Shown piece by piece: positions 22,560-34,841 of a stretch of 64,000 bases of DNA. The notes under the pieces were generated by a model. That model was not told the origin of the DNA. It saw nothing but the letters and a program-made list of their open reading frames with translations, and ran no database searches. Where the stretch lies: the NCBI GenBank assembly GCA_965603825.1, contig CBFDEM010000014.1, positions 186,001-250,000 of the forward strand, written 5' to 3'. Positions within the stretch are counted from its first letter, which is position 1. Every line of letters starts with the position of its first letter. The stretch is from Blepharisma stoltei ATCC 30299 (lineage: Eukaryota; Protista; Ciliophora). A program made the position numbers and the translations under genes.

Positions 22560-25500
22560 TTATTTTTCATCTTCCCATGAGGCTTTTGCAATGGAGTAGC
22601 CTTTGAGGAGTAAAAACACCACAAGAGGGAAAATGGGAAACAAAAGATACCAATTTTCAAATAAATATGGAATAAGCAGAGGCCAAAAAATCCAAATAAG
22701 AACTAAGGGAGTATATATTAAATCCCCCAAATAGCCCCAATTTTTAAGCTTCTCTCCACTAAAAATTAAGATTTCTTTGTAAAGCCTAAATATCTGCCCT
22801 TTAGGCAAAAAGACTTTTAACCCTTTTAACAGTCCACTAAGTCCATCCAGTGCAGAATTCACAAATTTTCCAACAGCACATACTAAAATCTTGCCTATAT
22901 CAAACCCCCTATTCCCGAAACTCAATAGAAAAGCTCCTGCCAAGTGGGGACGAAATTGAGGAAAATGCCCAAAATACACATAAATTGTCATTAGATTGCA
23001 GTAAAGAATAAAGTAAACCAGAATATTTAAGCATCCAGGTCCAAAGATGCAACCTATTAAAGTATAAGAAGTAAACTGGTATGAAATCATAAAAGGACAC
23101 ACCAGGATCAAAAATTTTGTTGATATAATTAATAATGATATTCCAAGCTGTAAACTATATAGAAAAGGTTTCAACTGGGCATTTCTTTGAATAACTGCTG
23201 CTCTTAGAGGAATGCTAGTTCCAAACGAAAATATTTTTAGTAAAAGTAAATCGATTCCACAAATAAAAAAACACACCTGCTCAACTATAACCATAGCATT
23301 GCTGATAATGATATAAAGACAATTTCACTGGACATGGTAAAAGTTTTTTAAGACCTGCTCATCTTTTTTAAAGCTAATCTCAACTAAATTATAAGCTGTG
23401 GTAAAACTTTCTCTAGGATTAATTCAAATTTCATAAGAAAATAGATTTGAATATCTCGGGGTTTGGAAATACAGCTTATAATTAATTTTTGATAAAAAAT
23501 AAATTGCAGCTTTTGCAGGCAATGCAATAATATGAGGGAATCCAAATATACTTAATATAAACTCTTCAAGAACAATCGCCCGTGCCCCCATTCTAAAGCC
23601 CCTTTCTTCCTCATCTAAAATAACATCTTTATTTTGCTGAATAAAATTAGTGTAACCTTCAACCGCCAGTTTCTTATAGTCATCATCCCATGCCATTTCT
23701 CTTACAGAGCTAGCAGGTATATAATTTTTCCAATATTTTTCATATTGCTCTTTTCAAATAGGCTGAAACGAAACTAAGTCCTTAAATTTTTTATTTGCCT
23801 GCGCAACATTTCCCAAAGCTTTCATGTCTAAAAAACTGCTAATATTTGTAAAAACGTTTTTACTGAGTTTATTAATGACTTCTTTTTTCTCTTTAGCAGG
23901 CTGTTTTTTTGGAAAAAGAAAAGCAAAATAAGAAAAAAATCGAAAACCTCTTCTCTCTTTATATAGTAAATAGAAGGATCTCATTCTTCTGATAAGATTT
24001 GGGACCTCTATTATCATTACTAAAATTAAAAGCATGAGAAATACCATGAAAATATCAATTAAGAGCTGACAGAATTTTCTAAAGACTTTTCTGAATAAGG
24101 ATGAAGTAACTACTTCGTGCTTAATTATTTGACGGATATGAGTTACCATCAAAGAAATAATTTCTGCTGTTCTCCAAACAGATAAAAATAAAATAACTGC
24201 CAAAATAATGGTTACATAATCTTCTATTGGTCTGAAGCCACCCTCCTTCATGATTTTTCTCTGATCTTTTGGATTGCTTGTTTTTCATATTTGCATAATT
24301 GTAGGAATCAGTCTCCAAGGACAAATAAGCTTTGCTATAAAAAAAGGCATCACTAAAAAATCTTTTAAAATTTCCTTAATTATCTCACTTGTTAACTTAA
24401 GCCAATGATGACCTTTATTGAATTTTTTTCTCCTCAAAGTCAATGGAATTCTATATAAGGTGATCAAAATAAATAGGCCAAAAATAGTTGCAGGAACATC
24501 TGCAATGCAACGAATAAAAAGATCTTCAACTTCAATATGCCAGAGAATATTGAATTTAAAATCCTTAATAAATGGGATAAACCGATAAAAAAATACAACA
24601 CAAAGCGCAAGCAACAAAATGTGGAGAAAATCAGCAATTTCAATCGCTATTTGAATGATAATATTTACAAGAAAGGTATGATAATCATCACTATTGTTTG
24701 AAATTTTATCAAAATTAAATTCCAAATGCTTAAATCTATAAAAAGGTATTAGAACAAGCAGAAATCCAACAAATCCAGGTATAAAAATAACTGTATCAAC
24801 AAAATGCATAATGATTTCAAAAGCACGACTGCCCTCTGACATACTGGCCCTCAGTGTTTTGTATAATGCTCTTGCCCTTACTATTCCGCAAAATACAATC
24901 ATTGCTATTACTATAAAGATTGGAATCAAAATCAAATGTAAAAATTTCTCAAATATTAACATTCTTGAAAGTTCACGATTTTTTATGTGGCAAATCATGA
25001 ATTTGAGATTAAATATAGTCACCATAAGAATTATTGCCATTACTGCAAATGGAATATCAATAAATCCATTTAAAAAACAAAATAAAGCCCATTTTATTTT
25101 ATTTCCTGCTCCATGCATTTCAGATACTTTGTCAAGATATATATAGAGTCTTCATGGGAAAATGATCAGTAGTGACATAAAAGGGAGCTCAATGATATTT
25201 GATATCCCTGAAGTCAAAGCTTGCAATATAAAAATAAAATATTGATCAGCATCTTCTGGTCTGTTTTTTATCTCACTAATTCCAACTATTGTAAGAATAG
25301 TTAAGATAGTCAAAATTAGAGAGATGAAATCCATAAATCCTTGACTAACGAGGGTTATATATCGATCTTTAAGCTCAATTGGCACTAAATTCCATCCTTT
25401 TTTGAGTATATATGATGTAACTATGATTTCAGCTATAACAATTAAGCTAGATATAATATAATGCTCATAATATCATAGTTGGCTTAAAAGTTTTATATAA

Positions 25501-25733
25501 TAGTAGATAAGTCCTGTTGTAGACGATGATATAACAAACGATTTTATAAAGCCACTGATGGCAAGCTGAATGAATCCTTTTCTGAAGTTAAAAATAGATA
25601 GTGCAAAGATGATAAATTGAAAGAGAGCTTGAAAAAGAAGCGATAAGCATTTATTCGTATAATCTTTAATAGCAACAGCCAGTCTAAATGGCACTCTTAG
25701 CAAAATGATTACAAGAGGTACTCTTTTTGCCAT
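22560..25733 (-). CDS. Polytopic hydrophobic-repeat membrane protein with internal F-box-like motif, 1057 aa
   Basis: Six same-frame ORFs joined by TGA=W with no TAA/TAG. F-box-like INKLSKNVFTNISSFLDMKALGNVAQANKKFKDLVSFQPIW. Confidence 0.85.
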
Positions 25734-26941
25734 TCTTATTTATATATTTCTTTAATTGACTCGTATTAATAATATTTTTTGGATATTTTATATAAATCAT
25801 CATGGTATCATTGCTGATCAAAGATTATTCTTCAAAAAATGATTTATGAATAGAAGCATCTATATCAGCACGTAAATTGAGAATTCGACTTTCCATTAAA
25901 ATTTATCCTTAGTTTTATTACTTTTTGAATTTTATAATATTAAAAATTATAAAATATTTTCATTCAGATGAATACCTTTCCATTTTCATATAATTCTTTA
26001 CATCGAAATATCTTTAATCTACACAGATTTCAAAGTAAAGACTATTATGAATCTATCTAATCTTAATCAATATTTGTTTAACTATGATTAAGCTATTTCT
26101 AAAAATATTGAAAAGGCTATATTTACACTACTTTAATTTTTTATTTAATCATCTCAGAATTTTATATGCATTAGCTATTATGATGAACAAAATTGATTAT
26201 TAAATTTGGACATTCTTATTTGAATTGCTTTTTAAGAGAACATTTAATTTTACTTGAATTAAATAGATATAAACTTTACTGCTTTTATCTATGACATCAG
26301 ATTGATGGTGAAATAAATAATTTTAATTATGCTTTATATTAATTTCATTCCATGATGCCCCTACACTAGCTTAATATTTGAAGTGTTGTTTTCTTCAGAA
26401 GAATGACTAAGCCGAACCTACTATTTAACTTAAACTAGTGACTTCATACGGTTTTTTGCATAGCACAATTTGCATGCAGTAGTATGCAATTTTAAAAACA
26501 TGATACCCCAGCCAGCCATAAAATCTTTATTAGATGCGTTGCCTTACCTCACACTCACTCCTGTCCGTGTTCCGCTTCAAATATCTTCCTCCTCAAATCT
26601 GCTAGAATCCTAGTATCAGATGCTCCAGCCTATACTTTTTATATAGGTATATAAAAGTTCGTTAGGAGGGCCGGTTGAACCCAAAAATACTAAATATGCA
26701 AAGTGATAGAATAATTCTTAGATTACTGAGTATTTTTGCTTATTCTTATATTGCCTTTATGATATTTCAAATTATCTAACGAGCTTCTTTAATATATATA
26801 ATTAAAATAATCTGCTTAACAATGCTAATTAATATTTTGTCTCTAAAATCTCGATACTTAAATCAATACTTATCTTATCGATCATTTATAATTTCCACTT
26901 TTTTGTTGAAATTTCTACTTAAATTATTAAATTAAACTTGG

Positions 26942-27748
26942 ATGATTCAATCAAGCTGCCCAAGAATAAAAAGACACAATTCTTCAAGAAATTCATCTAT
27001 ATCAAAATCTATAACTCCACGAAAACCTAAGCCCCAAAGAAGCAGTGACTCCCACAATTCTTCGCATCTAGTTGTATATTTTAATTAGAAACTATCACAA
27101 AAAAGCCATTCAATATATTCTGAGTCCTTTTTTCCTTCTCTAGAAAATATTTCTCCCTACGCACCTTCAAGCAGCAAATCGACCAAATTTGAAAAGAATA
27201 GAATTATCAAAGACGGGTCAATTTCTCCTTTCCCAACATCCCGACGTTACTCTTTGAAACCAAAAGAAAGTGGAAATCTTTCATTTATTAATTTCTCATC
27301 AATCTCATCTCCAGCACGAGTCAGGAAGCCTACACATCTCAAAGGCGCTCACAAAAGTATTTATTCAAATTTGCATATAGATGCAATTGATCAGATAAAT
27401 GTTATGGAAACTCCTCCAAATGAGGATGTCCAGCCTGCTAGGAAGTCAAGCCCCTTCAGTGAATATGTAGATGTAGAAATTGAACGATATTTAAATAATT
27501 GCCAAGGAAATAATTTTATACTTGAAAAATCAAGGAAAAGTTTAATGAAAGATTCGGTGGCTTCAACGTCTGCGTCTGGAATTTTAAAAAGCAATCTGCC
27601 TTCTGTGTCTATAGAATTGTTCAGGCCTGAGCCACCAAAAACACCGCCACCGTGCTCCATTCATGCAAAACTTCAAAAGAATAGGGCTGCTAGAATTAAG
27701 CGAATCACAAAAGATCTAAAGCAAAATATTATTGAGTGTAACGAGTAA
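26942..27748 (+). CDS. Ser/Pro-rich protein of unknown function, 263 aa
   Basis: ATG 26942, intron 27074-27088, in frame with ORF 27254..27748. Confidence 0.75.
27074..27088 (+). other. 15-nt intron GTATATTTTAATTAG
   Basis: Removes an in-frame TAG. A10. Confidence 0.85.
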
Positions 27749-27963
27749 TAGACTCCTACATTGAATATTTATATATGAATCAATTTAATTTATACATTCC
27801 TTATTTGATCATATAGATCAATGTGTAAGGCTTAAATAATAGCGTTATAATATATGAAAATGTCTATACAATGAAAAATAATATTAAAATTTCAAAGCCA
27901 AATGTTAACAATCAATATTATTTTAAAATATGGATAAAAATTCTTGACATTTAAAAAATATTT

Positions 27964-28944
27964 TTATTTTTTCGCTCTCAGCTTGTTGGCGACAGCTAAT
28001 TTTTTTGCTTCTTTGTTATTATCTTTTAATGGTAGATTTTTTATCACATTTTTGATGTTATGTGCTGCCTCTTTGATTTCTTCATTCATTTTTCTGTTTG
28101 CAGTATTTTTCATTCTTTCTTGTCTTCTTTCAGCAAGAATTGCTCTTACTTTTTGCTTGTCCCTTTTTCTAAAAGCCCTTTGTATTACTGTCGCAGCAAA
28201 AATCTTTTTTTGAGGAGTAGTTGGGCTTACATCAGCTTGCTTTCTAGGCGAAGCTTCTTTTTCTTCAAATTTATGCCCATTTGGCTTTGCTTCTTTATTT
28301 TCTTCTCTTGCAGATTTAGGTATTTTTGGTTTGCTATCAGATTTTCTTGGAGCAACAGGAGGCTTTACTTCTTTTTTTTCTTCTTCTGCATTCCCTTTGG
28401 GGGTTTCTTTCGGGATATCTTTCGAGTGATCTAGCTGTTTTTTCTGTGGTTCAATATGCTTTGAATGCTTTTTATTGATGTGTTGATGATCTTGCTCCTG
28501 TTTTTGGTGATCTTGTTTATTTTCTTCTATAACAACAGGAGTTTTTTTGTGCTCTTTTTCATTTAGCTGCCTTTTCAGTCACTCATTTTCTTTCTTTAAT
28601 TGGTCATTTTCAGTCATCAATTCCGCCACTTTGATTCTCAAAGTCGAAAGTTCATCAACTTTTTTGCATCCTTTTACATGGTCTTCATATTCATTGATTC
28701 TCAATTTTTCTTTACATTTTGGGCACTCTGTAACCAAAGCATTATAAAATCTCAATAAAACTTCAGAAGGATTTATAAATTTTTCATTGCATTTTGGGCA
28801 TGCTCTTTTATTTATGCACTTCAAACAGTGGAATTTTTGGCAATTCTTGCACATCTGAGGGCTTAAGGCAACTTTATCGCAGAATCCGCAGATAAATATA
28901 GCGTCGACTGATGTAGTGAAGGTCGAAACATCAAGTCCAGGCAT
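27964..28944 (-). CDS. RING-like + TRAF-type zinc finger, coiled coil and IQ motif protein, 326 aa
   Basis: CGFC..CKNC..HCLKC..CPKC, then CPKC..HVKGC. TGA=W at 28579 extends the frame to TAA 27964. IQ motif AATVIQRAFRKR. Confidence 0.8.
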
Positions 28945-29013
28945 TATTTGAATATTGCAATGAAAATGGAAATAGGCTTATAAAGTAAAGTTTATTTCTA
29001 AATATTCTTATTA

Positions 29014-30501
29014 TTAGAGTCCTATTGTTCCTTTGAGAGTTGCATCATCAATTCTTTGAAGAGAGTTTACATAGGCTGCGATTCTCAAGTTCACTCCAAG
29101 TCTTTCACTAGTTTCTTTAGTTTCATGGACAGCTTCACTCATAATTTGTTCCAAGCCTGAGTACACTAGATCAAGCTCGCTTGCTCCTTCAGCTAATTTC
29201 TTCCAATCAGCACTTTTTGCTTCAAGTTCTACTTGTGAAATTCCTTTTAATGTTGCAATGGCCTCAATGATGCTTCTATTTCTTTTGCCTTGCCATCTCT
29301 TTGTTAAAAGGCCAGGCTTAATATGTCCTAAGTTTTTGACATATTCAAAGAATGATACAGTAACACCACCAGCGTTCATCAATAAGTCTGGGAGAACTAG
29401 AACACCTTTCTTTTCTAAAGCTTCTTCTCCTTTAGGAGTGGTTGGTCCATTTGCTCCTTCAGCTAAAATTTTGCATTGGAAGTTAGGGGCATTGCCACCA
29501 TGGACTGATCTTTCAACAGCAGCTGGTATTATGATGTCAGTTTTTCTTGTGAAAACTTCTTGGCCGTCTTCTACTAATTCAGCTTTTGGATAGCCTTTAA
29601 GCGTTCTGTGCTGGATCATAAAAGCTTTGAGATCATCAACATCAATTCCGTTTTCATTGAAAACAGATCCACTTGGCTCAATTACTCCAAGAATTTTTGC
29701 ACCATCTTTTTGGAGGAAGTGGCAAGCCCAATAGCCGACGTTACCAAAACCTTGAACAATTACTTTTTTCCCATTAATTCCAGTAGGCAGCTCAACCTTA
29801 TCAGTGTATTTCTTGTCTTTCAAAAATTCCCTTAACGCATAATATAACCCAAGACCAGTTGATTCAGCTCTGCCAGGAATTCCTCCCATTTCTAATGGCT
29901 TTCCAGTCGTGCACGCGACTGCATTGAGATTTGTAGGGTTCAGCGATTTATAAGTATCCATCATCCAGGCCATTTCAAGCTCGCCAGTGCCTAGATCAGG
30001 TCCAGGAACATCAGCAGCAGGGCTTAAAAATCCTTTTTTGCTCAATTCAAGTGCATAACGTCTGGTCAGTCTTTCTCTTTCTCCAAGTGACAGTGTCTTC
30101 GGATCCACAGTAATGCCTCCTTTTCCACCTCCAAAAGGCAAGTTGACACATGCACATTTGAGAGTCATCAAGAAAGATAAAGCTTCAACTTCGTTGAGAT
30201 CAACGTCCAGAGCATATCTGGTGCCTCCTTTACAAGGAAGCCTGTGATGAGAATGCTGGGCTCTATAAGCTTTGTAGTATTTAATTGATCCATCATCTCT
30301 TTTAAGGGGAAGGGTTACACGTAGGACTGTGTCACATGTTTTAATCAATTCGAGAACTTCTGGCTTGATATCTGTATGTTTTGCAGCCTTATCGAAGTAC
30401 ATGTTAACCATCTCTAAGAAGTTAGGCTCTGATGAAGGCCCTGAACTCATCTGTCTGAAAGGAGCACGCCTGGAAAAGGTATTTAAAACTTTGGACAGCA
30501 T
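29014..30501 (-). CDS. GDH: Mitochondrial Glu/Leu/Phe/Val dehydrogenase (glutamate dehydrogenase)
   Basis: Transit-peptide-like N-terminus, PCKGGTRY, PFGGGKGG, QGFGNVG, EGANGP, NAGGVTVSFFE. Confidence 0.97.
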   Translation of the reverse strand: MLSKVLNTFSRRAPFRQMSSGPSSEPNFLEMVNMYFDKAAKHTDIKPEVLELIKTCDTVLRVTLPLKRDDGSIKYYKAYRAQHSHHRLPCKGGTRYALDVDLNEVEALSFLMTLKCACVNLPFGGGKGGITVDPKTLSLGERERLTRRYALELSKKGFLSPAADVPGPDLGTGELEMAWMMDTYKSLNPTNLNAVACTTGKPLEMGGIPGRAESTGLGLYYALREFLKDKKYTDKVELPTGINGKKVIVQGFGNVGYWACHFLQKDGAKILGVIEPSGSVFNENGIDVDDLKAFMIQHRTLKGYPKAELVEDGQEVFTRKTDIIIPAAVERSVHGGNAPNFQCKILAEGANGPTTPKGEEALEKKGVLVLPDLLMNAGGVTVSFFEYVKNLGHIKPGLLTKRWQGKRNRSIIEAIATLKGISQVELEAKSADWKKLAEGASELDLVYSGLEQIMSEAVHETKETSERLGVNLRIAAYVNSLQRIDDATLKGTIGL

Positions 30502-30995
30502 CCTTTCAAATAATTATATTAATAGCCACATATTATTCGAGTTAATGCTAAATTGATTATGATGAAATCAGCTAGTGAGGAGATTTTGTGTAGCAATATT
30601 TTTGAATTTTCTGTCGTATTTGACTTTTGCATTTAATGTGGTAATTTTAAAGAGCAATTCTTAGCTTTTCTCAGGTATTTGCAAAGAATTAAATTATCTA
30701 GACAGGGAAAAGTTGAAAGAAATAATAATTATATCAGATTTCATATAACTTAAAAATTAAACTAATATATCATTCACCTAATCAAAAATATTAGTCCAAT
30801 TATTTTTAACTTATCGCCCTTAACTGCAGAAGATTTAATTTCTAATTTTATTTTTTTTCTAATCTTTGAATTCTGATATATTGAAGACCTTGATAATAAA
30901 TTCAAGATGAAGAGAATGGATATGGAAATTTCAAAAATTAGGACAAATCGCTGAGTTTTCATTTATCATCCGATTAATTGCCACATATAATTATT

Positions 30996-31328
30996 ATGGG
31001 AAAGAAAGCGGGAAAAGCAAAAGTGGCAAAAAGAGTAAAGAGGGAAAAGAAGGACGGGCCAAAGAAACCTAAGTCTGCTTTTATGTTCTTTTCCCAAGAG
31101 AGAAGAATTACACTTAAAACTGAGCAGCCTGATCTAAAGATCACTGAGCAATCCAAAGTTATAGGTGCAGAATGGGGGAAATTATCTGATGTTGATAAGG
31201 CGCCTTATGCTGAAAAAGCAAGCCAAGATAAAGAAAGATACAATCAAGAAAAAGCAAATCAGCTTGCCCCTGCTGAAGAAGAGGAAGAAGAGAAAAAAGA
31301 AGAGTCAGAGGAGAGCGACGATGATTAA
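30996..31328 (+). CDS. HMG-box protein with acidic tail (NHP6/HMGB-like), 110 aa
   Basis: PKKPKSAFMFF..IGAEWGKLS..KAPY..DKERY. Basic N-terminus, E/D tail. Confidence 0.93.
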   Translation: MGKKAGKAKVAKRVKREKKDGPKKPKSAFMFFSQERRITLKTEQPDLKITEQSKVIGAEWGKLSDVDKAPYAEKASQDKERYNQEKANQLAPAEEEEEEKKEESEESDDD

Positions 31329-31376
31329 AAATTAATTTTCTATCCTTAATATGGAAACTGATTGGTTAATTAACAC

Positions 31377-32066
31377 CTACTTAGTATCAGGTATCAAATC
31401 TGTTTTTTCTTGATATACACTTTCGTTTTTCAAAGGATTACTTAGCAAAAAACGAAGCCTTCTCCTTTTGGCGCTGGAAAGTTGCCAAAATGAAAATGCT
31501 GTCAAGAATAAACTTAAAAAGCACTGTACAATGAGGATAATTATCCCATCTCCAAGCTTGATTGTATCATGCAATTTTTCAACTTCTCCAAGAAGTAATC
31601 ACAAAACAAGGCCAATCAAGATCAATATTGGGTGTAAAAAAATAATCATTCTAAACAAAACAACGCACTTGGCTGAATTCTTCAGTATTTTCCTCGGTTC
31701 TTGAAATACTTGTATTTCTTTTACAATTCTTGTAAATAGAAATTGCTGAAGAATCGCCAGGACTTGAGACACAAGTAAAATCGCTAAATCAATAATAAGG
31801 AACGCAAAAAGCACCCTTCCACCTTTTTGAAGTGGTTCCAGCCTTTCACAATAATTTGACAAAATTGATTCGTTACAGGAATCAATTAAATCGCTGTATT
31901 CTTCATAATCTCCTTCTATAGCAGCACCTAAAAGCCCAAGATGAACTTCATCGAGATCTTTTAGGCCTAAGTAGTTTCTTGATATACTCAAATAAAGAGT
32001 TAAACCGATCAAAATTGATACAAAGAGAAATAAAACAGTCTCTTGCAACGTGCAGCTTTTTATCAT
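31377..32066 (-). CDS. Four-TM membrane protein of unknown function, 229 aa
   Basis: Two ORFs joined by TGA=W at 31599. Four hydrophobic segments, Cys pair in the first loop. Confidence 0.75.
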
Positions 32067-32101
32067 TTAACTAATTTTTAAATTTAAGAAGTAATAATGG
32101 A

Positions 32102-33151
32102 TTACATGAAAAGAATTAATGAATTAACAAGCAGCAATATCAACGCAGAATCATCGCTATCAGGGTTTACACTGTTTTTTGCCTGCCAGTAGGCATAATT
32201 GTAGATTTCTTTTACACAGTTATCGTTGCCATGTATACTTGCAAATTCGTTAAAATGTAAAAAATAATACAGATAAGTTGGATAATCTGACCATTGTTTC
32301 ATACAATTAGGAGCTTCTCTTCGCATTGTATTGCATTTTTTTAGATCTGTTGACTCATACCATGCTTTAAGCCATCTGAAATAATTTCTTCCATCATAGT
32401 CTCCTAAAAAGGGCTGGCAATATCTTTTCCCTGTGTGGCTCAATGAGCATTGGCACTGTCCATAAAACCTTCAATCATCATTTTTTCCTGGACAATCAGA
32501 GTCCGTTTCACATTCAAACCCAAGATACTTAGTCTCCACTTTATTCACACAAAGAGACTTCCCTTCTCCCCCTCCTCCTACACAAGTGCCTGATTCACAA
32601 AAATAGCTCATATAATCATGACAATTAAACACCATATCATGCCTTGGTAATGTGAAGTATTTGACACATGTCCCAATTGGTTCTGAAGCCCAAACAAAGC
32701 ATCCTGCGTCATTTTCGCATTCTTCATCCTGTGTGCACCCATCTGTATTAACAGGCAGCTGAGGCCAGCATTTCTTATTTTTACAATAAAGCCCAGCATC
32801 GCACTCATCTGATGATTTACAATTTTCAAGCCAATGCTTGCCTACACATATTTCATTTTCACAGTAGCCAAATGCACATGTAGAGTTATTTATGCAGGGT
32901 TCTCCTGGCCAAGAAGTGTTAATTAAGCTTGGAATCGGAGAAAGCTGGCATGTTGAATTTCCTGGTGTATAAATTGGGGGACACATATAGCCATTAGGGC
33001 ATGGGCGGAGAAAATAGGTAGAATTGTCATAGTAAATACAAGTATCATCTGCAAAAGGCAGGGATGCTGGCTTACAAGTAAATTGAGGACATTCCAGATA
33101 TTGTGACCTGACAAAAGCCAAGAGAAATATCAGCAAAACCATATATGGCAT
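32102..33151 (-). CDS. Cys-rich secreted, probably GPI-anchored surface protein, about 349 aa
   Basis: Signal peptide, repeated C-x4/5-C modules, TGA=W at 32471, hydrophobic C-terminus SALILLLVNSLILFM. Confidence 0.82.
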
Positions 33152-33175
33152 AATTAGCAAATAAATCTAACTAAA

Positions 33176-34612
33176 TTAAAGATCAGCTCTTTCTTGTGCT
33201 TTTTCTGGAGCCTTAACTGTAGCTTTATCTGTAACAAACTTAAGAAGTCCATCGAAGTTTCTTTCTCCTTCATAATCAACTGGTCTCTTATTGTTGGATG
33301 GGAACCATTTAAGGGTTGGGAATCCTTGAATGTTGATTCCTTTCACTTCATTTGCAGTAGCGTCAACTTTAGCAATGATCAAGTTTGAATTGTCTTTGAC
33401 TGCAGCAGCAAGTTTTTCGTATTCAGGAGCAAGGGATTTGCAATGTCCACACCAAGGAGCATAGAATTCAACGAGGACATCTTTAGTTGAGTCGTAAACG
33501 ACACTTTCAAAGTTCTTTCCGACTAAAACTCTGACACTTCCGTCGAAATCGTCACTAGGAATTGGCTCTGATTTCAAGAATGGAGTGAGTTTTCTGGCTT
33601 TCCAGTCCTGAACGAGAGTTCTGATTGACTCTTCAGAAGGAGCTTCAGCTAATTTGTACTTGTTGAGTCCACCTTTGTGGTCAATAAGGACTACAATTGG
33701 CATGTCTTTGACGTAAATTCCGAGGTAGTCTCCAAGTCTTTTGTTTTCGCTTTGATTAAGGTCTGCGAAGGAGAATGCGATGTCTTGTTTGAGCTCTTTT
33801 CCGAGTTTTGACATAGCGTCGGCGTATTTAGGAGCATCACTTTCAGATCTGAATAAAAAGACACAAGGGTTTTGTTTTTGGAAAATGTATTCAATTGCGG
33901 CGTCATCGAATGGCATAACCCATGGTTTCTTGTTCTCTTCAACCCATTTGGTAATATCTGTCTGGGTAAGAGCACCGTCATATTTGACTTCTTTATCGTC
34001 GAATTGTTTGAATAAGATTACTTTAGGCTCAGTAACTCCGTATTCTTGAAGAGCTGCTGCATCTGTTGACACAAAGAAAGATGGTCCATCAAAGCTTTTG
34101 GCGACTGCCTCAAAAATGCTGACTTCAGCTGCATCTTTTTGTGCAAACAAAACTCCAGCAACTTTAGCGCTTCCAAGTTGTTTTTTAAGATCAGCTACGG
34201 TGTCAACAATGGTGAGGGCTGGTCCTGCTCTTTTCATGATCCATGAGACGATGGTATCTTCAGTTCTTCCACCTGAGTACTCAGTTGGCTTCTTGTTGAT
34301 GAAATATTTGAGTGTTGGGTATCCACTCACTCCATATTGAGATGCAAGGTTTGAGCTTGCAGTGGCATCGACCTTTGCAATTCTAATAGGTGGGTTCTTG
34401 CCTTTTAGAGTCTTTGCTGCCTTAGCATATTCTGGGGCTAGTTTCTTGCAATGGCCACACCATGGAGCATAGAACTCAACAAGAATGTCAGGCTGAGCAT
34501 CTAAAGCTTCTTGGAAGTTGGATTCATCAAGAACCCAGACGTCCTCTTCTTCAGTGATTGCAGCGAATGAAAGAGATACCAATAATAAACCAAGCCAAAG
34601 CTTCGAGGCCAT
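33176..34612 (-). CDS. PDI: Protein disulfide-isomerase
   Basis: Signal peptide, two APWCGHCK motifs, C-terminal RADL retention-like signal. Confidence 0.97.
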   Translation of the reverse strand: MASKLWLGLLLVSLSFAAITEEEDVWVLDESNFQEALDAQPDILVEFYAPWCGHCKKLAPEYAKAAKTLKGKNPPIRIAKVDATASSNLASQYGVSGYPTLKYFINKKPTEYSGGRTEDTIVSWIMKRAGPALTIVDTVADLKKQLGSAKVAGVLFAQKDAAEVSIFEAVAKSFDGPSFFVSTDAAALQEYGVTEPKVILFKQFDDKEVKYDGALTQTDITKWVEENKKPWVMPFDDAAIEYIFQKQNPCVFLFRSESDAPKYADAMSKLGKELKQDIAFSFADLNQSENKRLGDYLGIYVKDMPIVVLIDHKGGLNKYKLAEAPSEESIRTLVQDWKARKLTPFLKSEPIPSDDFDGSVRVLVGKNFESVVYDSTKDVLVEFYAPWCGHCKSLAPEYEKLAAAVKDNSNLIIAKVDATANEVKGINIQGFPTLKWFPSNNKRPVDYEGERNFDGLLKFVTDKATVKAPEKAQERADL

Positions 34613-34841
34613 ATTTATACACGTGTTTATGGTGTAGTAATTTTAAATGCTTTGAACTATAAAATAGATAATTAGGGGTTATCGGTAAAGATATTTTATT
34701 TAAATTGGAAAAAATCATAATTTAAGCAGAAATCAATCCTTAATTTTTATCAAAAAATTTCTATTTTTTCTGAAGTAAAGAAGCTTTTTATAAGAAAATT
34801 CTCCTGTTTTCTAATTAAATTCACCAAAATAATTATATCTA

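Noticed and set aside
26540-26690. SRP RNA, U3, RNase P/MRP or telomerase RNA identity for the GC island
   Set aside because: Only short partial resemblances (GGAACACGGACAGG, CTATACTTT). The SRP AGCAG partner, U3 boxes, P4 helix and a telomeric template are all missing.
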